In this document: positions 10,898 to 21,838 of the stretch, piece by piece | How the letters are laid out: each line of letters begins with the position of its first letter | Position numbering within the stretch: position 1 is the first letter of the stretch | Source of the DNA: an uncultured Acidobacteriota bacterium | GTDB lineage: Bacteria > Acidobacteriota > Thermoanaerobaculia > Multivoradales > UBA5704 | Direction: 5' to 3' | Assembly (NCBI GenBank): GCA_963700145.1 | Contig: OY969474.1 | Span: forward strand, 736,001-800,000 | DNA: 64,000 nucleotides | Position numbers and translations under genes: made by a program | Notes under the pieces: generated by a model | The model's input: only the letters and a program-made list of their open reading frames with translations | What the model was told of the DNA's origin: nothing | Databases searched by the model: none

Positions 10898-11830
10898 TCA
10901 CGGCAACCTTATGAAAGTGACGATCGTGTCCGCGCGTTGCGGCTTCATTTGTTGAGCCTTAATCTGGAACTCGGACCGACCATGCGCAGGATCCACTGCA
11001 CGTACTGTATCGTAGGTCGGGGGGACTATTGCGTCGAAACGAACGCCGTCCTTAGTTCCATCTTCAAACCGGACGGTCGCTGTGACTTCTACCTGAGATC
11101 CGGACTGAATCTCCGCGTGCGCGTGTCGATCAAAGCGAGCCGTCCACACCATCTCCTCGGAATGAAACATGTGAACTAGCGATGCAGTGAGGTCGCCCAC
11201 ATGGACGCTACCCTCGACGTGGCCGCTACCTATGCAGACAATTTCTACGTTGAGGTCGCCGCCGCCCAGACTGCGGAGCTCCACCCACTCGATCCGATGC
11301 GGAATAGCATCCCAAAGTATATCGTAGTCGGAGTCGATATCAAATTGCACAAAACGACCGGCTTGGTCGAGGGTGAGCTGCACAACACGCTCGCGAATAA
11401 AGGTTTGCCGATCGCGACGTGGCGACAGGTCGGGGCTTTTAAAGTGGAGTTTGTAGTACAACTGAGCACCACCGCTTTCGCTCCGCCCCTCCAGGTAATC
11501 GACTTGAGGCTCTCTCAGGGCGTGTTCTGCAAGCTCGGCGTATCGGCGCCCCGCGTAGTACTCCTCCTGAGCAGCCACTCGATGAGTAGCAAGCTCTTTC
11601 TCCTGCCTAAAAGCCGGTTGTTGTTTGATGGCTAGTACCTCCCCTGCCCACCGTGCATCCTGCGCATAGATACGATCGAACTCGTCCTCCTTGATCATTG
11701 TAAAAAGGCGGCTTAGGGCTTCATCGGGCGACGATTCTACGCCACGACAGGAGTAGAGCCACATAGCCAGACTCGCGGCGATGACTGTAGCAACCCCAAG
11801 TGCTCGCTCCTTAGTGGGACCCACAAACAT
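10898..11830 (-). CDS. Hypothetical exported/lipoprotein
   Basis: 310-aa lower-GC ORF with an N-terminal hydrophobic stretch ending LYSC. No recognisable family. Confidence 0.55.
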   Translation of the reverse strand: MFVGPTKERALGVATVIAASLAMWLYSCRGVESSPDEALSRLFTMIKEDEFDRIYAQDARWAGEVLAIKQQPAFRQEKELATHRVAAQEEYYAGRRYAELAEHALREPQVDYLEGRSESGGAQLYYKLHFKSPDLSPRRDRQTFIRERVVQLTLDQAGRFVQFDIDSDYDILWDAIPHRIEWVELRSLGGGDLNVEIVCIGSGHVEGSVHVGDLTASLVHMFHSEEMVWTARFDRHAHAEIQSGSQVEVTATVRFEDGTKDGVRFDAIVPPTYDTVRAVDPAHGRSEFQIKAQQMKPQRADTIVTFIRLP

Positions 11831-12384
11831 GTCTTGCTCCCCATGATCTCAGCGTCGAGAGTCCTACACAGCGGCCAACCTTTGCTTCTAGGGATTGGAC
11901 GGTTCTCGAAGGTGAGGGCAGCCGTTCGCTTGTCCGCAGGTGCTCCTGCTCCGGGCTGGCCCATCACTTGCCAGATGCTTTCTCCTCTATAAGTTGCGCG
12001 ATTGTGGCAGGAGGAGAGCAGCGGCGCGAATGCGGCGAGTGAGCGCCATATTCGGAGTCCTCCATGGGGGAAGGGTTAAGGCCTATCCCGGCAGTTGCTT
12101 AGGCGAGCGCGGAGCCGGCTACTGCGGAGGCAGGGCCCGCCTTCACCCCTAGTGATGGCGGGCGCGACGGATCAACAGCGTCGTCTAGCCGGCCCGGCAG
12201 GACCGGGGGTGGCGCGTCGGTGCCGCATCCTCGCCGCCTGTGCGCCGCCAAGGCGTGGGCCTGCCCAGTATGCGAGCCTTCGCTCGGAGTTTCGCCCGAT
12301 TTGGTGCTGTTGCCTAAGCGTCGGGCAGGGTGGAGTTGCCCCGCTTTGGTGGACACCTCATCCTTCGGGAGAAAGGAGTCCATG

Positions 12385-12702
12385 ATGGGGAGTCACCGCG
12401 GCAAGCCCTACCCGGCGGAGTTTCGTCGGCGGATGGTTGAGTTGGTGCGGGCCGGGCGGACGGCCGAGGAGCTGAGTCGGGAGTTCGAGCCCTCGGCCGA
12501 GTCGATTCGCGACTGGGCACGCCAAGCCGACCGGGACGAGGGCCGGCGCGACGACGGGCTGACGACGGCCGAGCGCGAGGAGCTGCGCCGGCTGCGGCGG
12601 GAGAATCGCCAGTTGCGTGAGGACCGGGAGATTCTGGCAAAAGCCGCGGCCTGGTTTGCTCGGGAGACCGAGTCGAGCCCACGGAAGGGTTCGGATTCGT
12701 GA
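12385..12702 (+). CDS. IS3 transposase OrfA (HTH)
   Basis: YPAEFRRRMVELVRAG..., EELRRLRRENRQLREDREILAKAAAWF. AAAAG slippery motif at 12639-12643. Confidence 0.9.
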   Translation: MGSHRGKPYPAEFRRRMVELVRAGRTAEELSREFEPSAESIRDWARQADRDEGRRDDGLTTAEREELRRLRRENRQLREDREILAKAAAWFARETESSPRKGSDS

Positions 12703-13544
12703 GGGCGCACCAGGCCTGCTACAGGGTAGTGAGGATGTGCCGACTGCTGGGTGTCTCCTCCAGCGGGTATTACGCCTGGTGTCGGCGTCAGGCCGGTGCG
12801 CGAGCCCGAGCCGACGCGGCGCTCGGCGCGCAGATCCGGGCGATCCACGCGCGGTCGTGGGGGACTTATGGGGCGCCCCGGATCCACGCCGAGCTGGCGG
12901 CGCAGGGCGTACGGGTGGGGCGCAAGCGTGTGGGGCGGCTGATGCGCGAGGCCGGGCTTGGGGGCGTCAGTCGGCGGAAGTGGCCCCGGACGACGGTGCG
13001 AGACGGCCAAGCCCGCCCGGCGCCGGATCTGGTCGGCCGTCACTTCACGGTCGACGCTCCGGATCGGCTCTGGGTGGCCGACATCACCTACATCCCGACC
13101 ACGGCAGGGTTTCTGTACCTGGCCGTGGTCGTCGACGCCTGGAGTCGGCGCGTGGTGGGCTGGTCGATGGCGACGCATCTGCAGACCGAGCTCGTGGTGG
13201 CGGCACTGGAGATGGCGCTTGGACAGCGGCGGCCGCAGGGCGTGATCCATCATTCCGACCAGGGGACGCAGTACACCTCGTTGGCCTTCGGCCAGCGCTG
13301 CCGACGAGCCGGTGTGCGGCCGTCGATGGGGTCGGTCGGGGACTGCTACGACAACGCGCTGTGCGAGAGCTTCTTTGCCACGCTCGAGTGCGAGCTGCTC
13401 GACCGGCGGCGCTTCGGGACCCAGACCGAGGCCCGGATGGCGGTGTTCGAGTTCCTCGAGGGCTGGTACAACCCGCATCGCCGGCACTCGGCCCTGGGCT
13501 ATCTCAGCCCGGCGGAATTCGAGCGCCGGCGACGGGCAGCCTGA
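12699..13544 (+). CDS. IS3 transposase OrfB (DDE integrase core)
   Basis: YGAPRI, WVADITY, HHSDQGTQY, CYDNALCESFF, WYNPHRRHSALGYLSP. Confidence 0.93.
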   Translation: MRAHQACYRVVRMCRLLGVSSSGYYAWCRRQAGARARADAALGAQIRAIHARSWGTYGAPRIHAELAAQGVRVGRKRVGRLMREAGLGGVSRRKWPRTTVRDGQARPAPDLVGRHFTVDAPDRLWVADITYIPTTAGFLYLAVVVDAWSRRVVGWSMATHLQTELVVAALEMALGQRRPQGVIHHSDQGTQYTSLAFGQRCRRAGVRPSMGSVGDCYDNALCESFFATLECELLDRRRFGTQTEARMAVFEFLEGWYNPHRRHSALGYLSPAEFERRRRAA

Positions 13545-13692
13545 GATGCACGTCACTCCTGGCGTTTTCGTCGGATCGTGGGACGGGCAGCTGCCCGCCT
13601 CACGCAGGGGAGGAGACCCCAAACTTCAACTGTCCACCAAACCGGGGTAAGTCCAGGGGGCGGAGCAAGGCAACGACAGGGAAGTCCGCCGG

Positions 13693-14060
13693 GCCAGAGC
13701 CGCTTTCCATGGACTCCAACGGAAGTTCCGAGAGACCCGTGGCAAAGTTCGTGGACCTCGGGGGAATCTCCGGGCGGCCCAAGCTGAGCTCCCTCCGGCC
13801 GAAGCCGCGTTCCATCCGCCTTCCGCGATCGTCCATGGGCTCCAGGCAATTTTCCATGGGCCCCAAGCCATTTTGCATGGGGCCCAAGCGGTTTTGCATC
13901 GCGCCCAAGCCGTTTTGCATGGGGGCCCAAGTCGTTTTCGATGGCACCCAAGCCGTTTTCCATGGACTCCAAGCCGTTCTGCATCGGGTCCAAGTCGTTT
14001 TGCATGGCGCCCAAGCCAGTTTCCATGGGGCCCAAGTCGTTTTCCATGGCGCCCAAGCCG
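13693..14060. repeat. Degenerate 21-bp tandem repeat array (consensus about CCCAAGCCGTTTTSCATGGSG)
   Basis: About 10.5 clear units at 13841-14060, one of them 22 bp. More diverged units extend left to about 13693. Confidence 0.85.
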
Positions 14061-14153
14061 GAGCCCGCGGGCCTCCGGCGACCGCCCGGCCGTCCCCGCC
14101 ACAGCCCCGCACGCCGCCGCGGGGAGCGCTGCGGGCCCAGGCGCCCCGGCTTT

Positions 14154-16388
14154 TTACGCCGGCAGCGTCGCCAGCACCTCCAGCACCTCCCCGGCCGACT
14201 GGTAGCGCTTGTCCGGCTCCTTGGCGAGGAGGCGGTCGAGGAGGGCGGCCCATTCCGGCGGGGTGTCGGGGCGGACGGTGCGCACGTCGGGGGGCTTCTC
14301 GCGCAGGTGCTTGGAGAGCAGGGCGTTGGCGTCGGCGGCGTCGAAGGGCTCGCGGCCGGCGACCAGGGCGAAGGCGATGATGCCGAGGGAGTAGAGGTCG
14401 GAGCGGCCGTCGAGCTCGTTGCCGAGGATCTGCTCGGGCGAGATGTACATCGGCGAGCCCATGACCACGCCGGCCTGCGTCAGGCGGGCGCCGAGCCCTT
14501 CCATCGAGGCGATGCCGAAGTCGAGGATCTTGACCCGGTTGGCGGTGACCATGACGTTGCTCGGCTTCAAGTCGCGGTGGACGATCCCCTGGCCGTGCGC
14601 CTCGTGCAGGCCGGCGGCGATCTCGAGCAGCAGCGCGCGGACGCGCGCCAGGGGCAGCGCCCCTTCGATCCCGATCAGCTCCTCCAGGCTCTGCCCCTCC
14701 AGGTACTCCATGGTGACGAAGAGGCCGGCCGCGAAGCGCCCGATGTCGTACACCCGCACCACGTTGGGGTGGCTGATGCGGCGGCAGATCTGCACCTCGC
14801 GCAGGAAGCGCGCCTCGTCCCCCTTGCCGCCCTCGGCGGGGGCGAGCACCGTCTTGATCGCGACGATCTCGCCGAGCTCCAGGTCGCGCGCCTTGTAGAC
14901 CTTCCCCATGCCGCCGCGGCCGAGGTCGGCGAGGATCTCGTAGCGCCCGGCGAGCCGCTTGCCGACGACCGGGAGGTCGGCGTCGGCGGCCGCCGGGCCC
15001 AGAATGCTCATGGTCGGCTCGACCGCGATCTCCAACGCCGCGGCCCCCGCCAGCCGCTCGCCGGCGTCGCGGTGCCCCGGATCGCGCGCGGTCACCCGCT
15101 CGTAGGCGGCGGCCGCCTCCTCGGTCCTTCCCAGGGCCTCGTGGCACCGCCCCTCCCAGTAGGCGCGCTCGACCTCCAGCTCCTGGGCCGCCGCCGGGAT
15201 GCGGCGCAGGCGGTCGAGCGCGTCCTCGGCGAACCCCTCGTCGAGGAGCAGCGGGGCGAGGAGGACGGCGCCCTCGGCGAAGCCCGGCTCTTCCGGCCGC
15301 AGCGGGATGAGCAGCGAGGCGGCGCGCGCCTTGTCGCCGGCCGCGAGGTAGGTGCGCGCGGCGTCGATGGCGCGCCCGCCGCGCACCTGCAGCGCGATCG
15401 CCTGCTCGGCGTTGCCGGCGCGGGTGTGGGTCTCGGCGGCGCGCTCCAGCTGGCCCGCGGCCTCGTAGCAGCGGGCGGCGTCGCGCAGCCGGCCCGCGCG
15501 CTCATAGCACTCGGCGGCGCGCAGCGGCGTGCGCGCCGCCTCCCAGCGGTAGGCGGCCCAGCCCCACTGCTGTGCCGCTTCGTAGGCCTCCGCCGCCTCG
15601 CGCGCCAGGCCGAGCTGGCTCAGCAGATGGCCGGCCTCGACCGGGCGGCCGGTCTGCAGGTAGAGCTGCGCCAGCAGGCGCTGCCGGTTGGGGGTGCGCG
15701 CCGCCACCCGCGCCGCGTCCTCGGTGCGCCCCAGCTCGAGGTAGCGGTGGAAGGCCTCGACGTAGCGCCCGGCGCGCTCCAGCAGCTCGGCGACGCGCGG
15801 GCTCGGCGGCATGGTGCGCAGGAGCTTGGCGGCGGCGTCGCCGCGCCCGAGCCGCACCAGCAGGTGCGCCCGCTTGGCGTTGATCTCCTCGATGCGGCCG
15901 GCGCCGGACGTGGTGCCGCCGATCGTCCGCTGCAAGCTGAGCACCCCCTCCTCGGCGGTGTGCAGCGCCTCCGCCAGCTTCCCCGCGTCCTCGTGCGCCC
16001 GGATCGCCTGCAGCCAGGCGCCGTCCTGCTTGAAGAAGGTGACGGCGCGCTCGGTCTGCCCGGCGGCCAGCGCCGCCTCGCCGGCCTTCAAGAAGGCCCG
16101 CGCCCGCTCGAGGAGCGGGACCGCCTCGGCGGGGTGCCCCTTCGCCGCCAGCAGGCTGCCGGCCTGGAGCGGGGTGCCGGCTCCCCCTTCCGGCACCCGC
16201 CCGAAGGCGGCCAGCAGCGAGTAGCGGACGAGCTTCTCGTCGTCGCCGACCTCGGCGGCGAGCTGCGCCGCGTTCTTCCAGTCGCCGGCGCGCGCGAAGA
16301 GCTCCATCGCGCGGTGCCGGTCGCCGCCGCCCAGGGCCTCCTCGGCGGCCTGCTTCTTGCGGCCCGAGCGGATGGGGATCTGCGGCAT
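14154..16388 (-). CDS. TPR-repeat plus C-terminal Ser/Thr protein kinase
   Basis: [41 protein letters not shown]-terminal helical A..YE.AG repeats. Confidence 0.9.
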   Translation of the reverse strand: MPQIPIRSGRKKQAAEEALGGGDRHRAMELFARAGDWKNAAQLAAEVGDDEKLVRYSLLAAFGRVPEGGAGTPLQAGSLLAAKGHPAEAVPLLERARAFLKAGEAALAAGQTERAVTFFKQDGAWLQAIRAHEDAGKLAEALHTAEEGVLSLQRTIGGTTSGAGRIEEINAKRAHLLVRLGRGDAAAKLLRTMPPSPRVAELLERAGRYVEAFHRYLELGRTEDAARVAARTPNRQRLLAQLYLQTGRPVEAGHLLSQLGLAREAAEAYEAAQQWGWAAYRWEAARTPLRAAECYERAGRLRDAARCYEAAGQLERAAETHTRAGNAEQAIALQVRGGRAIDAARTYLAAGDKARAASLLIPLRPEEPGFAEGAVLLAPLLLDEGFAEDALDRLRRIPAAAQELEVERAYWEGRCHEALGRTEEAAAAYERVTARDPGHRDAGERLAGAAALEIAVEPTMSILGPAAADADLPVVGKRLAGRYEILADLGRGGMGKVYKARDLELGEIVAIKTVLAPAEGGKGDEARFLREVQICRRISHPNVVRVYDIGRFAAGLFVTMEYLEGQSLEELIGIEGALPLARVRALLLEIAAGLHEAHGQGIVHRDLKPSNVMVTANRVKILDFGIASMEGLGARLTQAGVVMGSPMYISPEQILGNELDGRSDLYSLGIIAFALVAGREPFDAADANALLSKHLREKPPDVRTVRPDTPPEWAALLDRLLAKEPDKRYQSAGEVLEVLATLPA

Positions 16389-16396
16389 GCGGCGGC

Positions 16397-17293
16397 CTAG
16401 AGCTCGGGCTCGCGCCCGGTGAGCCGGCGGAAGGCCTCCAGGTAGCGCTCGCGCGTGCCCTCCACCACCTCGTCCGGCAGCGCCGGCGGCGGCGCCTGGT
16501 GATCCCAGCCGGAGGCGTCGAGCCAGTTGCGGACGTACTGCTTGTCGAAGGAGACCGGCTCGGTGCCGGGCCGCCACTGCGCGGCGTCCCAGTAGCGGGA
16601 GGAGTCGGGGGTCAACGCCTCGTCGATCAGCAGCAGCTCGCCCGCCGCGGTGAGCCCGAACTCGAACTTGGTGTCGGCGAGGATCAGGCCCTGTGCGGCG
16701 GCGTGCGCGGCCGCCCGCCTGTAGAGCGCCAGGGTGAGGTCGCGCAGCCGCGCCGCCAGCTCCGCGCCGACGTCCGCCGCCATGCGCTCGAAGGTGACGT
16801 TCTCGTCGTGCCCCACCTCGGCCTTGGTCGCCGGGGTGAAGATCGGCTCCGGCAGCTTGCTCGCCCGCACCAGGCCCGGCGGCAGCGGGATGCCGCAGAC
16901 GCTCCCGCCCGCCACGTACTCCTTGTAGCCGCTGCCGGCGAGGTAGCCGCGCGCCACGCACTCGAAGGGGACGACCCGCGCCTTGCGCACCAGCGCCGAG
17001 CGCCCGGCGAGGAGCGGCGCTTCCGCCGGCAACGGCTCGGGGAACGCCGCCGGGTCGGTCGCCAGCAGGTGGTGGGGCGCGACGTCGGCCAGCCGCGCGA
17101 ACCAGAAGGCCGAGAGCTGGTTCAAGATCTTCCCCTTGTCGGGGATCCCCGGCGACAGCACGTGGTCGTAGGCCGACAGGCGGTCGGTGGCGACGATCAA
17201 CAGCCGGTCGCCGAGGTCGTAGACGTCGCGCACCTTGCCGCGCTTGGGCGGCGGCAGGGACGGCAGCTCGGTGTGCGAGACAGCGGTGCTCAT
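16397..17293 (-). CDS. purC: SAICAR synthetase
   Basis: [51 protein letters not shown]. Confidence 0.96.
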   Translation of the reverse strand: MSTAVSHTELPSLPPPKRGKVRDVYDLGDRLLIVATDRLSAYDHVLSPGIPDKGKILNQLSAFWFARLADVAPHHLLATDPAAFPEPLPAEAPLLAGRSALVRKARVVPFECVARGYLAGSGYKEYVAGGSVCGIPLPPGLVRASKLPEPIFTPATKAEVGHDENVTFERMAADVGAELAARLRDLTLALYRRAAAHAAAQGLILADTKFEFGLTAAGELLLIDEALTPDSSRYWDAAQWRPGTEPVSFDKQYVRNWLDASGWDHQAPPPALPDEVVEGTRERYLEAFRRLTGREPEL

Positions 17294-19320
17294 CGTCCCC
17301 CCTCCGCGGCCTGCGCCCGCGGCCCCCAGCTCTCCGAGAGCCGGCCGGCCGACTCCCGGTCGAGCGCCGCGAGGAGCCCCTCGGCCGGCGCGTCCGCGAG
17401 GCTCGCGGGGTCGAGCTCGGCGCCGTCGAGGACCTCGAAGACCGCCACCCGCTCCAGCCCCTTGAGCCGCGCCGCCCCGAGCTTGCGCACCCCGACCGAA
17501 AGCCCGCCGTCGAGCGGCACGACGACGTAGCCGCGCGGACCCTGCGCGCCACGCCGCAGCTTGGCCGCGGGGAGCTCGCCGTCGAGCTGGGTCAGGAAGG
17601 GGGCGGTCGCCACGATGCCGTTGTTGACCAGCGCGCCGTCCTGGGTGATGTAGGCGTAGAAGGGGCGCGCCTCCTCCTGCTTGTCGACGACGTCGAGGTT
17701 GTGCCGCGCCAGCGGCTCGAAGAAGCGGTAGACCGTCTGCTCCGGGTAGCCCTGATTGACCAGCAAACTCTTGACCTCCTCGATCTCGCGCGTCGTCTTG
17801 CCCGAGGTCAGGCGCGACAGCTCGATCAGGCCGTGGCCGAAGAACTCGTAGTGCTCGCCGACGCCGTCGGGGCCGCTGCCCATCGGGATCAGCCGGTAGC
17901 GGCCGTAGTTGAGAGCCAGGCGCAGGCCGCGGTCGAAGGGGAAGCCGTCGCGCACCGCCTGGCGGTACTGCCGCTGCAGCTCGACGGCGGCGCGCAGCAG
18001 GCGCCAGGCCTCGCGGCTGGAGTAGAAGGCGCCGTCGCCCAGGTACTTCTCGAGCTTCATCCGGTGCGTCGCCGCCAGCGCGTTGACCCGGCGCTGGAAG
18101 CGGAACATGGCGCGGAACCCTTCGTCCTGGATCTCGTCGCCGGAGCGGTGGAGGATGGAGACGGTCTGCGCGAACTCACTGATGTCGTAGATCAGCCCGC
18201 AGCGGTCGACTTTCGGGTCGAGCACCCAGGGCTCGAAGAAGTCGAGCGGGCGGGTGGAGGGGACGAAGCGGACCTCGCCGCGCAGACCGCCGCGGCCGCC
18301 GGGGGCGTCGCGGCAGAGGAAGTGGCCGTCGCGCCACTCGAGCGTCAGGACCAGCCGCCGCGCCGCCTGCAGCGCCTCGAACTCCTTGAGCTTGCCGAGC
18401 AGGCCCTCCCAGACGGCGATGAGCGGCGGCGGCAGGAGCTTGGCCGGGTTGTAGCCGCGGCGGGTGGCGAGGTAGGAGAAGTAGCCCGGGCGCTTGAGCA
18501 TCTCGTCGCGCGCGGTCCAGAAGTCCACCCCGAGGAGGTGGGTCACCGCGTCGCGCAGCTCGCGGTCGCTCTCGAGCTGCTCGCCGTGCCACTGGATCGT
18601 GCGCTCCAGCCGCTCGCGGAAGTCGCGGCCGTCGATGCGCAGCATGCCGGTGAAGTAGCTCCCCAGCTCGCCGAGGTCGCGGCCGACGTGGTCCTCGGTG
18701 AAGACCAGGACGTTGTCGCGCATGCGGGTGAGCAGGCGCGGGAACATCTCCTCCTCGGGCGCGTCGGTGGCGTTGGCCAGCCCCTGCGCCACGTCGTAGG
18801 CCGTCGACAGCACCCGGTCCATCGCCCGCTCGAAGACCCGGTACTTGATCTGGTCGCCGGAGCGGCGCCCCAGCGCCAGGTCCTCGCGCACCGCGCGCTT
18901 GGGTGTCTCCTTGAGCAGGCGGGCGACGTCGAGCGAGTGGAGGAGCCAGAAGATCTCGGGGAAGCGGCGGCCGTAGCTCGACAGCGCGGCGTGCTCGAGC
19001 GCCCGCGCCAGCAGCTCGCGGTAGCGCTCCCAGACGAGGCTGTGGAGGCGCAGCTCCGGCGGCTCGCGGCGGAGGATGGCGCGCTGCACCGCCTCCTCGG
19101 CCAGCACGTACTGCCGCAGCGCCTCGCGCAGCGCCTCCATGCCCTCGGACAGCAGCACCGGGAAGCCCTGGATCGGGGTGGCGCCTTCGTCCTCCAGGAA
19201 GAGCGGCTTGGGCACCGGCAGCGAGGAGGCGATCTCCGGCAGGACGCGGCGCAGCTCCGCCTCGTCCTGCCGCAGGAAGTTGAAGGGCCCGGCCAGGACC
19301 TGGAGGAGCGAAGGGGGCAT
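17290..19320 (-). CDS. Hypothetical protein with divergent class III nucleotide-cyclase-like C-terminal domain
   Basis: [30 protein letters not shown] and LKGL..VAVFEV occur in cyclase order. The N-terminal region is helical. Confidence 0.55.
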   Translation of the reverse strand: MPPSLLQVLAGPFNFLRQDEAELRRVLPEIASSLPVPKPLFLEDEGATPIQGFPVLLSEGMEALREALRQYVLAEEAVQRAILRREPPELRLHSLVWERYRELLARALEHAALSSYGRRFPEIFWLLHSLDVARLLKETPKRAVREDLALGRRSGDQIKYRVFERAMDRVLSTAYDVAQGLANATDAPEEEMFPRLLTRMRDNVLVFTEDHVGRDLGELGSYFTGMLRIDGRDFRERLERTIQWHGEQLESDRELRDAVTHLLGVDFWTARDEMLKRPGYFSYLATRRGYNPAKLLPPPLIAVWEGLLGKLKEFEALQAARRLVLTLEWRDGHFLCRDAPGGRGGLRGEVRFVPSTRPLDFFEPWVLDPKVDRCGLIYDISEFAQTVSILHRSGDEIQDEGFRAMFRFQRRVNALAATHRMKLEKYLGDGAFYSSREAWRLLRAAVELQRQYRQAVRDGFPFDRGLRLALNYGRYRLIPMGSGPDGVGEHYEFFGHGLIELSRLTSGKTTREIEEVKSLLVNQGYPEQTVYRFFEPLARHNLDVVDKQEEARPFYAYITQDGALVNNGIVATAPFLTQLDGELPAAKLRRGAQGPRGYVVVPLDGGLSVGVRKLGAARLKGLERVAVFEVLDGAELDPASLADAPAEGLLAALDRESAGRLSESWGPRAQAAEGGR

Positions 19321-19377
19321 CCGGAAAAGGGGCCTGTCTCGGGAGCCAGGGGAAAGTTAACGTATAGCATAAGGAAC

Positions 19378-20838
19378 GTGAGCGAGACCATCGCCGTCGA
19401 GGTGGCAGCCCGCGAGGACGACGACTGGGAGCTGCTCGCCGCCGGCTGCTTCGAAGGGGAGGGGCCCGATCTCGACGGCCTGCCCGCGGCGGTGCGCGAC
19501 GCCTTGCAGGCGATCGCCGCGCGGCCGGGCTGGAAGGGGGGCGACGAGCAGTGCGGCGAGACGGCGGCCGGCCCCCGCGTCGCCGCCCTCCACGGCCTCG
19601 GCAAGCGCTCCGACTTCACCTACCGCCGGCTCGCCGCCTGGCTCGCCCGCCTCGCCGATGCCGCCTCCGGCAACGGCTTCGCGCGCCTGGCGGTCCTCCT
19701 GCCGCCGCACGCGGAGACGGCCGGGCCGGCGGCCGACCGGGTGCTGCGCGCCGCCGGCGTCGCCGGCTACCGCTACGAGCGCCACCAGACCGAGCGCCGG
19801 CGCAACCTTCTCGCCGCCATCCGGGTGCTGCCGCCGCGCGGCGAGGAGCCGGCGTATCGCGAGGCGGTGGCGGCGGCGGCCAAGGTCGCCGCGGCGATCC
19901 TCTGGACGCGCGACCTGGCGAACTCGCCGGCCAACGAGGGGACCCCCGACTGGATGGAGGCCCAGGCGCGCGAGCTGGCCGGGGAGCGCGGCTTCACGCT
20001 GACCGTGCTCGACGCCGAGGAGCTCGGGCGCCGCGGCATGGGCGGCATCCTCGCCGTCGGCGCCGGCTCGGTCTACCCGCCCCGCCTGCTGCGGCTGGAG
20101 CGGGGGGAGGAGGGGCCGGTCGTGGCGCTGGTGGGCAAGGGGGTGACCTTCGACACCGGCGGCATCTCGATCAAGCCCGCCCTCGACATGGACGAGATGA
20201 AGTACGACAAGAGCGGCGCCTGCGCGGCGCTCGGGGCGGCGCGCGCCGTCGCCGACCTCGGCCTGCCGGTGCGGCTGCGCGTCTACCTGCCGCTGGCCGA
20301 GAACATGCTCGACAGCCGCTCCTACCGCCCCGGGGACATCGTCCGCTGCTACAACGGCAAGACGGTCGAGATCACCAACACCGACGCCGAGGGGCGGATG
20401 ATCCTGGCCGACGCGCTGTCGCTCGCCGCCGAGGAGGGCGCCGACGTGCTGCTCGAGTACTCCACCCTGACCGGCGCCTGCGTCGTCGCCCTCGGCCGCT
20501 TCGCCGCCGGCCTCTACACCCACGACGACGGCCTCGCCGGCGAGCTCCTCGCCGCCTCGGCGCACAGCGGCGAGCGGCTCTGGCGGCTGCCGCTCTGGCC
20601 GGAATGGGTCGAGGAGATGAAGGGCACCCACGCCGACCTCAAGAACTCCGCCGGCCGCTGGGGGGGCGCCAACACCGCCGCCGCCTTCCTCTCGCAGTTC
20701 GTGGGCGACCTCGCCCGCTGGGCCCACCTCGACATCGCCGGCGTCGCCTGGGTCGATTCGAAGGAGGAGGGGTACAAGGGGGCGACGGGCTTCGGGGTGG
20801 CCTGCACGGTTGACTGGATCCGCCAGCTCGCGAGCTGA
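19378..20838 (+). CDS. pepA: Leucyl aminopeptidase (M17)
   Basis: VGKGVTFDTGG, MKYDKSGA, AENM, NTDAEGRM, TLTGA, WAHLDIAG. Confidence 0.93.
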   Translation: MSETIAVEVAAREDDDWELLAAGCFEGEGPDLDGLPAAVRDALQAIAARPGWKGGDEQCGETAAGPRVAALHGLGKRSDFTYRRLAAWLARLADAASGNGFARLAVLLPPHAETAGPAADRVLRAAGVAGYRYERHQTERRRNLLAAIRVLPPRGEEPAYREAVAAAAKVAAAILWTRDLANSPANEGTPDWMEAQARELAGERGFTLTVLDAEELGRRGMGGILAVGAGSVYPPRLLRLERGEEGPVVALVGKGVTFDTGGISIKPALDMDEMKYDKSGACAALGAARAVADLGLPVRLRVYLPLAENMLDSRSYRPGDIVRCYNGKTVEITNTDAEGRMILADALSLAAEEGADVLLEYSTLTGACVVALGRFAAGLYTHDDGLAGELLAASAHSGERLWRLPLWPEWVEEMKGTHADLKNSAGRWGGANTAAAFLSQFVGDLARWAHLDIAGVAWVDSKEEGYKGATGFGVACTVDWIRQLAS

Positions 20839-21838
20839 CCTCTCGGCGCCGCTGCTCCGCGTCGAGGGGCTGACCGTCGACTTCCCGGTCGGGGGCCGGC
20901 GGGTGGCGGTGGTGCGCGACGTCGGGCTGGCGGTCGGGACGCGCGAGATCGTCGGCTTGGTGGGGGAGTCCGGCTCGGGCAAGAGCATGACCGCGCTGGC
21001 CCTGCTGCGCCTGGTGCCGGCGCCGGGGCGGATCGCCGCCGGGCGCGTGCTCCTCGACGGCGAGGACCTCCTCGGCCTTCCCGAGGCCCGCCTCCGCCGG
21101 GTGCGCGGGCGGCGGATCGCCATGGTCTTCCAGGAGCCGGCGACGGCGCTCAACCCGGTCTACTCGATCGGCTTCCAGATCGCCGAGGCGGTGCGCGCCC
21201 ACCGCCCGCTCTCCCGCCGCGCCGCCCTCGACGAGGCCGCGCGCCTCCTCGACCTCGTCGCCCTGCCCGATCCCCGCCGCCGGCTCGCCGACTACCCGCA
21301 CCAGCTCTCCGGCGGCCAGCGGCAGCGGGTGATGATCGCCATGGCCCTCGCCTCCGGCCCCGACCTGCTCCTGGCCGACGAGCCGACGACGGCGCTCGAC
21401 GTCACCGTCCAGGCGCAGATCCTGGAGCTGCTCGAGCGGCTGCGGCAGGAGCTGGGGCTCTCGGTGCTGCTCATCACCCACGACCTGGCGGTGGTGGCCG
21501 AGACCTGCGAGCGGGTGGTCGTCATGTACTGCGGCGAGGTGGTCGAGGAGGCCGGCGTCGGCGACCTCTTCGCACGGCCGGCGCACCCCTACACCCGCGC
21601 CCTCCTCGCCGCCCTGCCGCGGCTCGGCGCGCCGGCGGCGCGCGGCCGGCTCCCCGCCGTCCCCGGCCAGGTGCCGGACCCCGCCGCCCGCCCCTCCGGC
21701 TGCGCCTTCCACCCCCGCTGCCCGGAGGTCTTCGCACCCTGCCCGGCGGTCGAGCCGCCTCTCTACGCACTCCCCGGCGGCCGCGCCGCGCGCTGCCTCC
21801 TCCACGACCCGGCGGCCGTGGCCGGCGAGACGGCATGA
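20810..21838 (+). CDS. oppD: Oligopeptide/dipeptide ABC ATPase (OppD/DppD)
   Basis: [41 protein letters not shown]. Confidence 0.88.
   Translation: MTGSASSRADLSAPLLRVEGLTVDFPVGGRRVAVVRDVGLAVGTREIVGLVGESGSGKSMTALALLRLVPAPGRIAAGRVLLDGEDLLGLPEARLRRVRGRRIAMVFQEPATALNPVYSIGFQIAEAVRAHRPLSRRAALDEAARLLDLVALPDPRRRLADYPHQLSGGQRQRVMIAMALASGPDLLLADEPTTALDVTVQAQILELLERLRQELGLSVLLITHDLAVVAETCERVVVMYCGEVVEEAGVGDLFARPAHPYTRALLAALPRLGAPAARGRLPAVPGQVPDPAARPSGCAFHPRCPEVFAPCPAVEPPLYALPGGRAARCLLHDPAAVAGETA

Larger units (their letters stand above)
12331..13655 (+). mobile_element. IS3-family insertion sequence, 1325 bp, apparently intact
   Basis: IRL TGGAGTTGCCCCGCTTTGGTGGACA (12331-12355) and IRR (13631-13655) match at 22/25. 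TG...CA ends, 3-bp GGG flanking duplication, OrfA/OrfB arrangement. Confidence 0.95.

Noticed and set aside
13693-14060. 21-bp arrays (also 31690-31930) as CRISPR arrays
   Set aside because: The units are contiguous with no unique spacers, and there are no cas genes in the window.
14154-17552. 1132-aa kinase ORF and 1045-aa pepA ORF (17701-20838) as fusion proteins
   Set aside because: The N-terminal extensions overlap purC or the cyclase-like gene in other frames. The real starts are at 16388 and 19378.
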